Shown piece by piece: positions 36,185 to 50,112 of a stretch of DNA of 64,000 nt. The stretch's first letter is position 1. Every line of letters starts with the position of its first letter. Source of the stretch: Ptychomitrium polyphyllum (lineage: Eukaryota); the NCBI GenBank assembly GCA_973851085.1, contig OZ316775.1, forward strand, positions 17,298,001 through 17,362,000, given 5' to 3'. The notes below the pieces were generated by a model. It searched no databases, was not told the DNA's origin, and worked only from the letters and a program-made list of their open reading frames with translations. The position numbers and the translations under genes were made by a program.

Positions 36185-39100
36185 TCAGCCTGTGTTGTGC
36201 ATTCCAGCCGCAATTCCCTTCATCGTCAGAATAAGGGTGTCCTCTAAGCCAGGTGGGTACTCAGTGGTGGTGTTGCGAGTTACTAGCTCTGAAGATTCTT
36301 TACCAGATCTTAGCTCCTCAAGGATTGCCTCCTGCAAGGGATCGCATATTTGACTTCTGGAATCTCGCATTTTCTTCAAGGTGTACACTTGTTGTACATT
36401 GAGTGGACTGATGTAATATTCTCGCAGTCTCAGCTTGTTTTTCAGGAATGGGCTACCAGCCAGCAAATCATCGTGTCCAACAACCTGGGAAAGAAAATTT
36501 GGTGGGAAATAATGAGTCCAGCTTCTCAAGGTGTTGCATAACAATAAAGACAAATCAATTTCAAGTCTAAGAGTACCTTAAGGAGAAGTTCCTTGGTCTC
36601 CTCATAGCGAGATCTTAGTTGCTCTCCAATATGCTTCAACTCGTCGTCTACAAGCAGTCGATCATAGAGTAAGCTGATACGAGGATCACCTTTGGCAAAA
36701 ACCATCTCAACAAGATCGACAGTCACTCGGAAAAATGGCCATTCATTGTACATGTTGCGAAGAGTTGCGATAATGTTCTCGTCTGCTCTCAGAGCCTGCT
36801 TGAAAGCTGCACCTATTCCCAACCATACTGGAAGATGAAACCTTGTCTGCGTCCAAGCAAATATCCAAGGTATAGCCCGGAGTGATTCAATGCCACCTTT
36901 AGGTTTTCTCTTGGATGGCCTACTTCCGATGTTCATCCTCCCATACTCCAGCACAGGAGTTGCCTGTACAATGCAAACCACTGACCATTAACAGTTCCCA
37001 AAGTTACAACACTGACATAGAAAGAGGCAACTAAAGCATATTTCATACGCATCCTGACTAGAGTAGTAAGTACTCTCTTTGCAACAATCACGCACCAATG
37101 ACTATTAATAAAAGCATCTGGTTGCAATCATCCTAGAAAGTTCCTACGAAGGGTTGATCCAGCATGTACCTTGCGAAAGTATCGCACAAACTGCGGGTTC
37201 TTGAATACGTATTTACGGTATTCTTCAGTCGAAGCTGCTGCCATGTCATCCATCAACACTCGCCATTCCAGCTTAGGAGCAACAGGTGGATGCATTCCAT
37301 GCTCAAGAGTAGCTGCAGTGAAGCGTTGTAAAGTGCGAAAACACTGTCCACCTTCTCCAAATGACTGCTCAATAACTTCTCCTTGAATAGTTACTCTTAA
37401 TGAACCGTTGACTGTATCTGGTGGCTGTGAGAGTATAGCGAGATGAGTAGGGCCACCACCCCTACCGACAGTACCTCCACGCCCATGAAACATGGTCAGA
37501 TGGACTCCATATTGCTTGGCCACTTTCACTAATTCCTCCTGAGACTTGAACATCTGCCACGCTGCTGACAGCCTCCCAGCATCCTTCCCAGAATCGGAGT
37601 AGCCAATCATCACCTACTCAGTCAAGTGAATACCGTATCAGTTCGAATCCTAGTATCCCAGATTGGTCACCATGGACACAGAAAACTGGGTACAAACTGC
37701 TAACATCCAAAACTTCCACGTCATGAAAGAATGGAAAAATTCATAATCTTCTTCAGATTTGCTCTATCTTATCTCAACCTATATTCCAAAAGTGGCACGA
37801 ATTTAAATTTCAAGACTACTGGCATTTGCAATGAATACAACAGACCTGGTTTGGCGTTCCCAACCGTTCATTATCAACACTATACTATTGAGAAACAGAA
37901 CACTTCACCCATGCAGAACAAAACATTAGGTTTAGGAATTTATATTTGCAAAAAAAAAGGTTGAAATAAAGATACCTCTTGCTTGCCATTGATCCGATTC
38001 AAATACCAATCTATAGAAAAGAGGCGAGAAAGGCATGCAGAAGCAGACTCCAGGTCAGCCAGCTTCTCGAACAAAGGCACCACACGCAGTGGAGTAATAA
38101 CTTTACATTCCCGCTGCAGTAACTCCACAATGAGTACATCTGATGGAGCTGTCGCCATTGAAATCACGTAGGCTCCAAAGGAGTCCGAGGGCATTTCTGC
38201 AACTACCCGTAATGTATTCAGGACATCTCTGACTTCATCGGTCATGGGCAGATCAGATCCAAACAAAGGTCGTCTGCCACGCAGCTCACCAACCAACCAT
38301 TCCTGAAAGTGCAATTACAGAATTAAGGAACCTTCTGCTAATTTTGTGACTATGTTGTTTAACACTTGCAAACGCATTCCACAACATGATATGTGCTAAC
38401 TACTAGAAATACAAGAAGAATGCATTACGTATATTTCTGTGAAACAAGCATACCTGACGTTCTTCTTCAGGCCAATCTCTGTAAGATCCTAACCCCAGAT
38501 ATTGTGTGATGGCATCAACAACTTCCACATGACGATCAGACTCTTGTCGAATGTCCAACGTTACTAAGCTCAATCCAAAACAGGCCACCTGACGCATAAA
38601 GTCCAGGAGACTCCCATCTGCAATTTGTTTGTCGCCCGTTTCACAAAGTGACCGATAACACAGTTCCAAGGGCTCTAGAATCTGCAGAACGTAACGATCA
38701 GAAGGCCTGGTATCGGAAACCCACTACTATTTGCAATAAATTTGAATCAAGCTCGCTTGATGAAAAAGAGAAACCATATCATTTCGGTGCATTTCAACTT
38801 GCAAAAAAGTGCACTAAACTTTAAATTGTCTGTCCACAATTGCTACCAGAACAAATTATACTGCAATTTCTACCTTGCGATTGAGTACCTGACTCTTATC
38901 TGTGAAAGTTTCCTCTACAGGAATCTCGCTCTTGCCACATGCCATCAGCTGTCTCAACCACTCGTGAGTCTGATAGAGCCTGTCACGTATGTCTCCCAAC
39001 ACAGTTCGAAATGGTTCAGTTGCCGGAACCGTCTTCCAAAACTCTGCATTGCAGCATGTTATTTCAGTTCTCAATTCAAATTGAAACACCCATAAAGGTG

Positions 39101-42100
39101 CAAGGAAAAACGTGAAATCCTGATGACTGCTTGAAAGTTCCTGTAGAATCAAAAGATTTAAAATTCGGTAACTGTTCAATATTAACACCCCATCCAAATC
39201 AAAGTATGACAGAATACTAGTGAAGCCATCAAACCAATGTAATGCTTCGCCTCCTTTTTACTATCGTTAATTTCCAACTGGAGAACCCTGTTGCGCAGCT
39301 CCTCACTGCAGCGCCACATTGACATCTGCAACGCAGGTTTCAGTTGGGGCTTTACTAGACCATGAAAGTATAAGCTTATACAAGTAAGGTCGAAACCATT
39401 TGCTTCAAACTATTCATCCAGAGATAATTCAGTCCATCGGCAAATATTCCTCTGCTACTTCTGAATTGAATTACACCTCAAATGCAGCAAGGGTCCTCAT
39501 CAAAAGATGATGATAATGTAGTTATGGAACTGGGTATGAATGTGTGAAGCTAAAGTCTGGAAAAAATAGAATCATCTAGTGAAAATTATTGTTAGAATCC
39601 GATATCTACAATGCAATGTTCCTAAATTTTGAAACAAATACTAAATTCTGTAAACGGTAAGCCCTAATGGAAGGCCAACTAGGGTAAAAGATGATGATTC
39701 ACCTCAAACATGAGATCTTCAATCCCCGCGAAATACAGATCAGTTGCTATCATTCTTGCCAGCAAGCAAACTTCTCTGGTTACCTCCGGAGTTACCCGAG
39801 GATTACCTGTCAAATTCACAGTTGTAATCGGTTTCGGATGCCAAGTAATAATTATCTGCTCAACCATGCTGATATCGCTCTAAAATCTTAAAGACTATAC
39901 AATAAAGAAATCCCTGCAGACTAAAAAGGAGGATCTGCTTGATAATACATACCAGAATCACTTTCACATTAATTAGTTCAGAAATCAGTAATGAAGATAT
40001 ATCCTTGTTACTGGCCAATTTGTAACAAGGATATAGCTCAATTTTATCAAATTACAATCGATGAGTTGGCTTTTTCGAGATAGTAAACCCTTTAGAGAAC
40101 TTACCATCTCGATCGCCACCCATCCAAGAAGAAAACTGGATCAATGGTAAGTCGTAAGGAAACCGCTCCTCGATCCCAATAGCTTTCAGTGCAGTATCAA
40201 GTCGGCGAAGGAAAGTTGGCAATCCGTTCCAGATAGTTTCTTGAAAGTAGCTCATGCCAGCACGCATCTCATCCTGAGGTGTTGGAGGTGCACGCCGAAT
40301 CTCATCTGTTCGCCATGCAGCATGAATCTGCATCATTAAAAGGACCAAAATGATTCACTGAAAATGTTTCGCAGACAAGATAGCTACTGATACTCTGCAG
40401 AAAATTGTCCTCGATACGTTTCATCAGATTTAGGTGAAAGAATCTTCAGCTTCAGGGTTTAAAGGTTTATGATTAAGCTATATCAATCGGAATACACAGT
40501 TTGATTTGCTATCCCTTCTTGACATATGGAAGAGTCTCTGCAAGTTCCACCTCACTGACCTACCCCAGCTACTGCATCTTGAGCACTAAGGTCTTGCAAG
40601 TGGATGACACCTGGTAAGTATTAGGACCATCGTAGGAGAGAAAGTCAATTCTACTTAAAATCCAGTCACAAATCTGTTACTAGAAAGGTTGAAAACATTA
40701 ACTTCAATAACTAGTTTTGTATGAGACTCGAAGTTTTATGACATGTGACAAGGTAAATGAGTACCTCACGTTCAAGAGCCTCGTGAAGTTCCTGCTTCTC
40801 GTCGCTGGATATATCTTTCTGGTGCAATTGTGAAAGGATGTTTCGAACCCTGGTAATACAAAGCATCAAAGCTAAAGAGATATAGATACTACAACAATCT
40901 CATTGGAGGTACCCAAATGTTTGTGACGAACAAAATAGAAGCAAACACAGCAATAGTTTCACCACTTTGAGCTTCTATAAAAGAAACAAACACCTGATAT
41001 AAGGGAAGATACTATTACCCACACCTTGCATGCTTCTGAAGCAAAGCACGGCGAACAGATTGAGTAGGATGAGCTGTCAAAACCAAATCGACAGTCTGTC
41101 TTTTTAGGGCTTCGAATATATCAGTCGGACTTTTTCCCATTTGGTTTACCAGCCGTCGAAAGGTCTCTTCCAGATTTGACTCCGTTAGGGAACTACTTTC
41201 ATCTCCAATATCACCTTTCTTCGCTTGCTTGATACGTCTTCGAAATGCGCTTTGAACGTCGTGGGCTAGATTTCCCAAACTGAGCATGTGAGAGAATGCA
41301 CTAGCAACAACAATGGAGTCACCAGCATCCAGTTGGTTGAGAACTTCTCCAAGGTCTTCGAGTTTTTGAAGATCACCTTGAACACCAAATTTGCTGTGCA
41401 TTCGAGATATTGTGTAGCATTTCTCCACCTGTTCGACCACAAGCACTATGTTTAAGACGTACGTAACAACTTTCGAATAACTCAAGAGTCAAGAAAATCA
41501 TCACTTAAGGCAAAAACTCCACGCTTGTCAAGAAGCACTAAGGAAGAAAAACAGCGAAAGTTCAAGTTTTAGGTTCTAATGGGAAGGCACTTGGTACATA
41601 ATCCGTGTCCTTTCCAGAAAACAATGATTAACAATGACTAATTGCAAACGGTCTACTTCACACTAATCTTTGCCCCTATGTTTTAGCAGATATTGGTTTC
41701 CACATTGCCCTAAGAGCACGTATCTATCAATTTTTCCCAGGTTTAGAAATAAACTCCTGAATCTGAATACACAATTTTACACATAAACTTGCCGACGTAA
41801 CTGCTTCGTTAGCAACTCAATGAACGTTGTCCCGCATCATCAACTTCAAACAGAAGATTGGTGGACCTAAGCATAACCAAAGGTTACCTTACATATCATC
41901 TACACAAAAGAAATGTTGTGGGTTGCATTACTCTCTCACCGTTGCTTTAATACCAGGTCCATGAAGATTTTGCAGAATATTGAAGAACATATCCAGCATT
42001 AGAGAATCGTATTCAACTGGCTGATTGTCCCCCTCGACATGCTTCGACACAAGCAAACGCATCTCTGCATTAATCGAGTCCATTCCCTGCAGCCTCCCGA

Positions 42101-42125
42101 GTTGATCGGTGATTATGGTACTCAT
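36185..42125 (-). CDS. PPC: Plant-type phosphoenolpyruvate carboxylase, multi-exon
   Basis: [67 protein letters not shown]-terminal [10 protein letters not shown]; the exons checked have consistent GT-AG phases. Confidence 0.97.
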
Positions 42126-44528
42126 GTTGAGCAACTTCCCGTTTCATTCGAATCCCTCTTATGTTCTAATATCCCTGCAATCTAATCTCCTTGCGATTTC
42201 GTCTGCCGGGTGAGACAACTTCAAAAGGAACAAAATGATAACTTTTCTACTTTCCTGCAACTCATATAACAAGCATCTTAAAAGTATATACAATTCATTT
42301 GGACCCAGCAATGAGCACCTCTTGCAAGATGTTTCACAACAATGTCTCTCAACTGACTATCTGCTCAAGTGTAGCATCAACTTTGAAACAGAGATGACGG
42401 CCCAACTCAATCTATATTTCGTAGCAGAAGAATGTAGGTACTCACAAATTGGTAGCAGCTTGTCAAGCTCGTGGGTATCACGGAGCTTGAGCCTGTTCAG
42501 TACTACACTATGCATATCCTACATTCTCATGCCGACAACGCCTTTCAAGCACGTCCCCTGTGTACTCAAACCGCTGTGTTGTCGTCTCATGAGTGCCTCC
42601 GTGAGCTTGGACAAGACACGTGCTTCTTCCGTTGTCGCTCCTGTTCTCTCACGCTGCCTAATTTGCATTGCAGTCCCTCAGGAAAGGCAGATCTTTCTAA
42701 AAAGTGAAAATTCAAGAACGTACATCACTCATTCCTGTCTCATTTGCGTCCTATTTGTGCATAACTTGGTGGCCAAACCTAGTCATGATCACGAAGGATA
42801 AGTTGATGGTGCCAGAAATGTATGCAGCTGCCGCATTCAATCGGAAATCGACAGGTATCGTGCCTCACAAGAGGAACATGTGAAATACTTGAATACTGAA
42901 GCCGGTCATGATGGTCGTGGGGGCAACATTTCACAATCTCACTACTCACCTCTCCTATAAAAGAACCAGTAATAAGGAACTTGTGGCGCCTCTTTTCGTT
43001 CTTAATTTCCATCTTCTGAATTACTGGAAGAGCAGATATTTGGCTTTCTTTACCGTTGTACTTGGACAATCATCAACTATGTCGCAGAAGAACAGATCTC
43101 AACCCTCTCCAGCTTCAAACCCTAATCTATCTGTTCATTTGTAAATGAACTATGGTTCAGGGGATTTTCATTTTTAACACTTCCATCATTCCGAAGCCAG
43201 CGATTTGCAATTCAAAAACATTTCATTGATGAAGCCCAAAATTGTTGGCCTGCAGGATATTTTAGAACTTCAAATCATCCCTTCATATTGTCATCCCAAG
43301 CCCAGTACCTACGAGGGCCAGCGAGGTGACGCGTTGCGTCTTGAGGAGAAGCATATACTGTTTGGTGTACATCAGCACCAAAGCATGTAACTCTGACAGT
43401 CCGATAATTGCAGAGGTGCGGGCAAGGATAGAGAGGACGGCGCTCTGGCATATGGACAGCTTTCCTTCTTAGGGCGTGACTCATTCTGCGCAGTAATTAT
43501 GTCGATTCTTTACGTAAAGCACCTGTACAATAGTCATCATCAAACAGAATACGGTAGTAACATGGGGCATGAATGAGGAATTCGAAGCACGGCAACCTTA
43601 GGTTAAGATTCGAAGAGCGCCCTACAGTGAAACTTATTCTCATTACTTCAAAACGCGCTCACAGCCAACGGTCCACTTAACAACATAAATTTCACTACTC
43701 CAGAACTACTAATCTCTGCTTACATTTGTAAGTAGAGAAGGTAAGTTGTACTGTACGTAGTGAGAGAGAAGTCAATAGTTGCAGCAGTCTAGTCGAGCCT
43801 CACAGCTCCAGTCCTTCGACCCAGCACAGCACAGGGTTCAGCTCGTCGCAATCTTCTTGACGGTCAGAGTGTTCTCCAAGATTATGCCACATTGCCATAC
43901 TTCGAAATTTAAAAATCAATATAGATATTCAGCTAGTACTAACACTGCTAAACAGCAACAGCATCTTCCCCATACCAAAACCTAAAAGATTACTGAACAG
44001 ATTGAAAACATACTGTGAACAATTCAGTAGCGAACATTCCAATAAACTCAAAATAAACAGATTCAAAACAGAGATACATCACGCTCTGCTATACATGAGG
44101 TGGGGAATTTGCGAGCTTGCAAAATGCAATTCGTTGATGCAAGAAGAGATATTGACACTGCTAGAGTGAAAAATTCATTAAAAATGACTGGCATCAAATG
44201 GCTCAACGGCCATTAAGTTAGCCTTGCCTACGCATCACACTACCTCTCAATTCAAAATTAGGTGGTCAATGGACACTTGGTTCTACGATTAGCATACTGT
44301 GGGTACAACACACAAGGTCATGATGAACAATCTGCGTGGAAAACTTGAATGTGCTATCAATAACCACTAACTCCTATATAACTGTCTCTATTGATAAAAT
44401 ATATTCTAGCCTGCAAAAGGTTTGACCCAGCGGTTGAGAGATCTATAATTGGATAATGACAGTGGCTGCTATCCAAGCCACAACTGTGAATTTGAACTAA
44501 ATTAAATGGTTTAAACAGATAACTGAAT

Positions 44529-47500
44529 CTAAGGATTGGTGAAAGATTTCTGATGCTCCTCAAGGACTCTCTGGTACTCAGCCTGGCTGGCGGTAATGAG
44601 ATTCTTGGCGGCATCAAAGGTCGTCAATCGAATGCTGTGTAAAAAGGGAATTAAGTATTGTCAGTCCGTGTATGAAAAACGACCCAAACTATTGGCGCTC
44701 ACCCACAGAAGTGATTCGGAATAAATCAATCGTTTGAAAGTCGAGGGAAACCCTAACCATTTAAGAAACATTTTAAATTCAAATTACAGAACAGTTAACA
44801 TCAGCCTCAAATAAAGCTGACCACCCCTTAATATATCAGTCTCAAACAGGTGATGATCCTGCAAGTAAAAAAGAAATCTTCTCCACGATTGAATAAGCGT
44901 CTGCATGCATACCTGCTGTTTGGAAGGTTTTTGAGCACATTTGGAACAAAACCGCGGTACAGGCCAAAGAAACCATCTCGAGCAATGATACCTATAGAGA
45001 ACAGATAACACTCAAATTAGAACTATTGGACACAATCCTGACACAAACGTTAACGAAAAATCGGTTTCAGAAGATTCACAAATATTTCTTCCTTAACATT
45101 TTTTCTCTCTTCTGTATCTGGGGTGTACACAGCAACCGCGGTAACTAGATACACAGCAGTTTCCATCAGCTGTCATTTAGCAGTGTTGTAGACCACAGCA
45201 CAGACAAGAAAGTATTCAACAGAACAAAAGGCATTCGAAAGTCGCACTTAGTAAACTATATTCAACCCTTTTTAATTCATCTGCAAAAATGAGTTCGGTG
45301 GCCATACCTGGAATAGCATCAAGAAAAGAGTTGAAAGGAGAGCCCCTCATTTGCATTTGCCGCCGAGCAGTGTCGAGCGGGTAACACATGGCAGTTGCAA
45401 AGGAAGCAGACACAAGGGCAGTCATAAATGATGCTTCAGGTTTTCTCCTGAAATCTTCTGGGAGAGATTTCTTAACTCTACAATAATCACGAATAATAAC
45501 AGTCAGCTTCAGAAGTGTATCTTCCGCTAAAACATGATATTGAAGTAGATTTGTCTGCCTAAATGTACATAATCGCTAGCTTATTCAGCGCAGACATTAC
45601 AGACAATCATCTAATAAGTCCCTCAAGAACATTATCAAGATATTGCAAAATTTAAAAGCTCTTCGAGATATTATCCAACAAATGTAGACTGAAGCCAGTT
45701 GGGAATAATAACTTACAAGTCAAACACGCAGAAATTAAGAGCGATATATGGTGCAATGCCCAACAGAGATGGTCCCAACCCTTTGTAGAACGACTTCAAT
45801 CCCTCTTCTCGAAGCATTGTTCCCGCCACCTGAAAAAGGCACTATGAATACAAGCTGCAAAATTGAAAATTATGACAAGCAAAGCGATCAAAAAGGTGTA
45901 CGAGATAAGCCTAGCCATTTCAGCATGTGCTCATCACTTTTCAAATTCAGAAACGTAACGAAATCTGATATACCTGACCCATTGATCTGGTGGTTGAATC
46001 CACAGCCAGCCGCAATCGCAGAACGTCTAATGGATATGTCACCTGAAAAGAGTGATAACACAAATCATGTTAAGACAGAATGATCTCACACCAAATTTAC
46101 AGTGCGTTGCTCTCCACGACTAGTCATAAACGACTGAACACATTCAAAATCAACGAGGAGATGGCCGCTCTAATCCATACAAGGATCTCCTTACGACAGT
46201 ATTGCAAACAAAGCTCTCTACAGTCACGTCCTCGTTGATTTTCTGTTGCAAAGAACCAATGTATGGCTCCCACAACCAGGTCAGGTTTTCAAAGCTTGCA
46301 GAGCTTTGGAGGACACAGAAAGGTCGATTGAAGCTTTACAAGAAAACATGCTCTGCAGATGATTTTGACAAGTGAACCCAACGCTACAGACTGGAAAGCT
46401 TACCAAAGTAGAGGTCATGCCTGCACATGCGCCTGCGGCGAGTCTACCAACAACAGAGAGTTCTTCACTGTCACCTTTGAAAAATCTCTGAAAACCGAAA
46501 ACGCCACATGACAGGACCTCAGGAATAAGTACATCAGCACAAAGGCGCGAACTTCAGAGATGCTTCAGAATTTACAGCTTCTCGATGCTTCCCTGAAATT
46601 GGAAATCAGCCCCATACTATTTACATAATACAGAAATAAGGATGATGCATCTATGCTGGTCCTGACATATCTAAAAATTGCTCATGTGCCTTAAACCGCA
46701 GAACCGCCTGGACGAAAACGAAATAGCACTAGACGCAGACAGCATGAGTTCATGTAAGAAGAACAAATAGTCGTAGATTGGGAAGGTGATACAGTGACTA
46801 CTTCCATAAAATCAAGGTAATCACTGCACAAAATCACCTTGTATGCCTCATAGGCAAAGAGCTGCACAGCACTGTAAGGTACAATACGGACAACCTTCAC
46901 ACATGCCAAATCAGAATCATCAAGTCTTAAAACAAAACGGCTTACTAAAAAGACATTGAGTTCACAAAGAATTCCGCCAAATAAGTTGTTCTAACCGAAG
47001 AGATAACCATGAATTAAAAAGCACTGGAAAAGACAGTGGAAATGTGGAAAAAGAGGATTCTTCATTACAAGTATAAGTAGAACACCATAAATAGACAACC
47101 TTGACAGTCCCGATCTAAATCAGCAGAAAACCTCATTTGGTTCACACATCCCCACCCCAACTTCGGACTAGGGATGACTAAGGACCATTAAAATGAGCTA
47201 AATAAATGAGCTTGCTCATACAAGAGCACCAAATAAAACTAAGATTGATTACGATGAACTCCGCAGTCCACATAGGATGAGAAACAAGCAACTAAAGCCT
47301 CAAGCAGCCAGTGTGAAGAGTCTAAAGTTTTAAGAGAAAATAATTGACTTTCTAAGCTGGAACTTACACAAAACAATCTAGTGAGACGTCAACTATTCAT
47401 CAAAAAATAAACTCAAACTCTAAACGCATACCTGTGGGATGTTCCCCTTCCAAAATCCTGAGACACCTTCTTCAGTTCCAATCTGAGCTACTGCCTGTAT

Positions 47501-49096
47501 TCAAAAATGGTACATTAGCGCAACTCTCTAAAAAATAAGAGAAAACTAAACTTTCTTATTGTCATGACCACAACTACCTAGAAAGGAGTCCCACTGCAAC
47601 GGCAACTAGATAAGATATAGATTTGTGTACCTCTAAGAGTCCAATGCCTTTCCTGCCACCTTCCTGCGCCATTCGCACCCCATGCACCTGCACATCCAGT
47701 CCTGCACTTAGAGTGAACACAGTTTCCTGACTTATGTGAGCTTGCAAGCCTTAAGTACAGTACTGCACTCCATGTGATTCCAGCATAGTAACAACATTGC
47801 CTGCATCTCCTACCGCTCATAATCCTCTGCATAGAAATAACGTTGAAATTACGCTTGTGTCGTTACTTTGGGACTGTCTAGAACTAACAAGTAAAATACA
47901 TACACAAGTTAAACAAGATCAAGCTAAAACCAATAAATAATGAAACTTCACTACCATTTGTTGCATAAATGAATGCATAGGACCTCTCCATGAGGTTTCC
48001 AGCGTTGGTCAGTAAATTGATTAGAAGTGACATATTGGAAACAGTGAGCCTAGGGTATTTACTTTCATTTCACTTGCATGACGTAGATAGAATCGGTGCA
48101 TGACACACAACATCAGAAACAACTCCCAATCTGCTTACTCACCTGCATAAGAAGCTTCACTCGATCCAATGGAGCTGTCACTGTCTTTGCTGCTGCACCC
48201 GCCACAGCACCGGCAAAGAAGAGGGCTAACTCCCTTGGTACAAAGCTTACAAGAGCCAGAGGATACTTTAGTAGTTTGTCAAAGCCAGGAACACCCGGGG
48301 GTCTGAAATGTGCGTCCGCTTGCTCCATCTCCTGACTAACACCCCCCGCTACATAGCCTGCGTTAGCAGTTGTTGCGCCTTGAAACGTTGGCATGCTGGA
48401 CAGAAAATAAATGAAGTAAGCGTCAGACACACACACCCAATGATCTTACTCCAGACACACCTCACTACAACTTCTCGCAGCCTATTCTAACCGTCCACCA
48501 AAGATATAAACCTGACGCGAAACAGAAAGGAATACAAACCTGTTAAATGTTTAAATACAGCTCATGTGCATAAATGCTCCATATCAATGTTCTGGGATAG
48601 TCAAAAATGTCCATACAAAGCTAAAGGACCAGAAGACAAGTCTAAGAGACTTGTAGACCCAAAAAAGAAGGTACAAGTTGTCTACTACTGATTTCGGTAG
48701 CACAAAATCTTCAAAGCGAATACACATGCTAGCAGAAGCAGAGCTATACCTGGTGGATAACACAGCGGTTCTCACGGGCTTCCCATGTTCATTGTCTTGT
48801 GATGCTTGGCGTCCCTTCCATCTCCATGCATTTGGCAACTCGATTTTGCAAAACTTCGTCGAGTGAAATCCCTGCTGAAGCTTCACTCCTAACACTCTAT
48901 GACCATTTTCAACTGCATTCTCGACCGCATTGATTACACCTGCAATGTGCTCGTTGGCCGCAAGTTTCTGTAAACCTGAAACCTTAGGGTTTGGACATCC
49001 CCAGCACACTGTGTCCACTTGAAAACCTTTGCGAGTGATTTCCGATCGATCCCTTCCCTCGACGGAGACTAAACTTGGTTGCGAAGCGGGCGCCAT
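44529..49096 (-). CDS. Mitochondrial-carrier-family plastid adenine nucleotide/PAPS carrier (TAAC/EAAC-like), multi-exon
   Basis: Three PxDxxK/R signatures (TAPLDRVKLLMQ, TYPLDVLRLRL, CYPLDTARRQMQ), KGNIPQVVRIVPYSAVQLFAYE, last exon IRLTTFDAAKNLI..NP*; N-terminal extension; start codon tentative. Confidence 0.9.
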
Positions 49097-50061
49097 CAGG
49101 CAGCGCTGGTCCTCCCGAGCCAGAGACTCAATGTGGCCAAACAACACTTCACGAAAGCTGCCTCCTAGACAATGGCGCAAAAACGACCGCCAGCGTCGCT
49201 TCCCTCAGAGAAAACTATCCTCACTCACCGCAAAAAGCACGCCAAATCATTCAACACTCCTAAGCACTCACGCTGGAATTCGCTCGCCTCCTGCAACCAA
49301 TTCAGAAAAAATAGCCTGTTCTCAGTTCCAATTACGATGCTCCAAAACCAGGAAACCAAAACAGCGAAAATAATGAACAAAATCAAAATCAGAACGTTAA
49401 CGAAGCCCTGGTCTCTCAGCCGCGATGCCGTCAGCTTCGTCAACGAAACACACCTCCATGCAACGTCATCAAAGACGGTACCAGCACTTTCTCAACAATT
49501 TCCACTAATTCTCCAATTTCAAGAAAGCAAAACTCGAGGTCAGCACTGCACTGCAGCTCTCACCGCGGAATTAAGCACAAGAAAAGAAACGTCCGCACTC
49601 TGGAGCGCAACAAACGGGAGTAGAGTGGACTAACCCTGGCACTGTGTCCACTTCACCCCTGAGTGCACTAAAACCCTGACTGCGACCAGAAAAGAGCAGC
49701 AACTAGGCCGACAGCTCGGACGAAGTGCGGCGGTAGCTCAGCGACGACGCGAGCACCATGTCGCAGCGGCGCTGAGCAGAGCGCGAGCAACGGCGAAGCA
49801 TGCAACAATCACCCTCTCTCAGCAGAGTCTGGCGGCACTGTGCTCACACACACCCCCTCATTGCAATGCCGCGCTCAAACTGGATAGACCTGCCTCGTTT
49901 GCTTTGGCGGGCCGGTTGGCTCCTCGTGCCCACCTCCGCTCCCAGAACAGGTACCTCCTGCCGCCTTCCGCTCCCTTGGTAGGTAGATCGTAGCAGCCCA
50001 GCTTGTAGGTCTGTACGCTGAAAATACTAATTTCGGGACTGAGGAGAGGCGTTCGGCACTA

Positions 50062-50112
50062 GAATTAATTAACGCATGGAATCAATTAACGCATGGAATT
50101 AATTAACGCATG
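50062..50112. repeat. 17-bp tandem repeat x3 (GAATTAATTAACGCATG)
   Basis: Directly visible at the boundary between GC-rich promoter DNA and an AT-rich block. Confidence 0.9.

Noticed and set aside
37638..37660. cagttcgaatcc B-box-like word in a PEPC intron
   Set aside because: Isolated motif without tRNA structure
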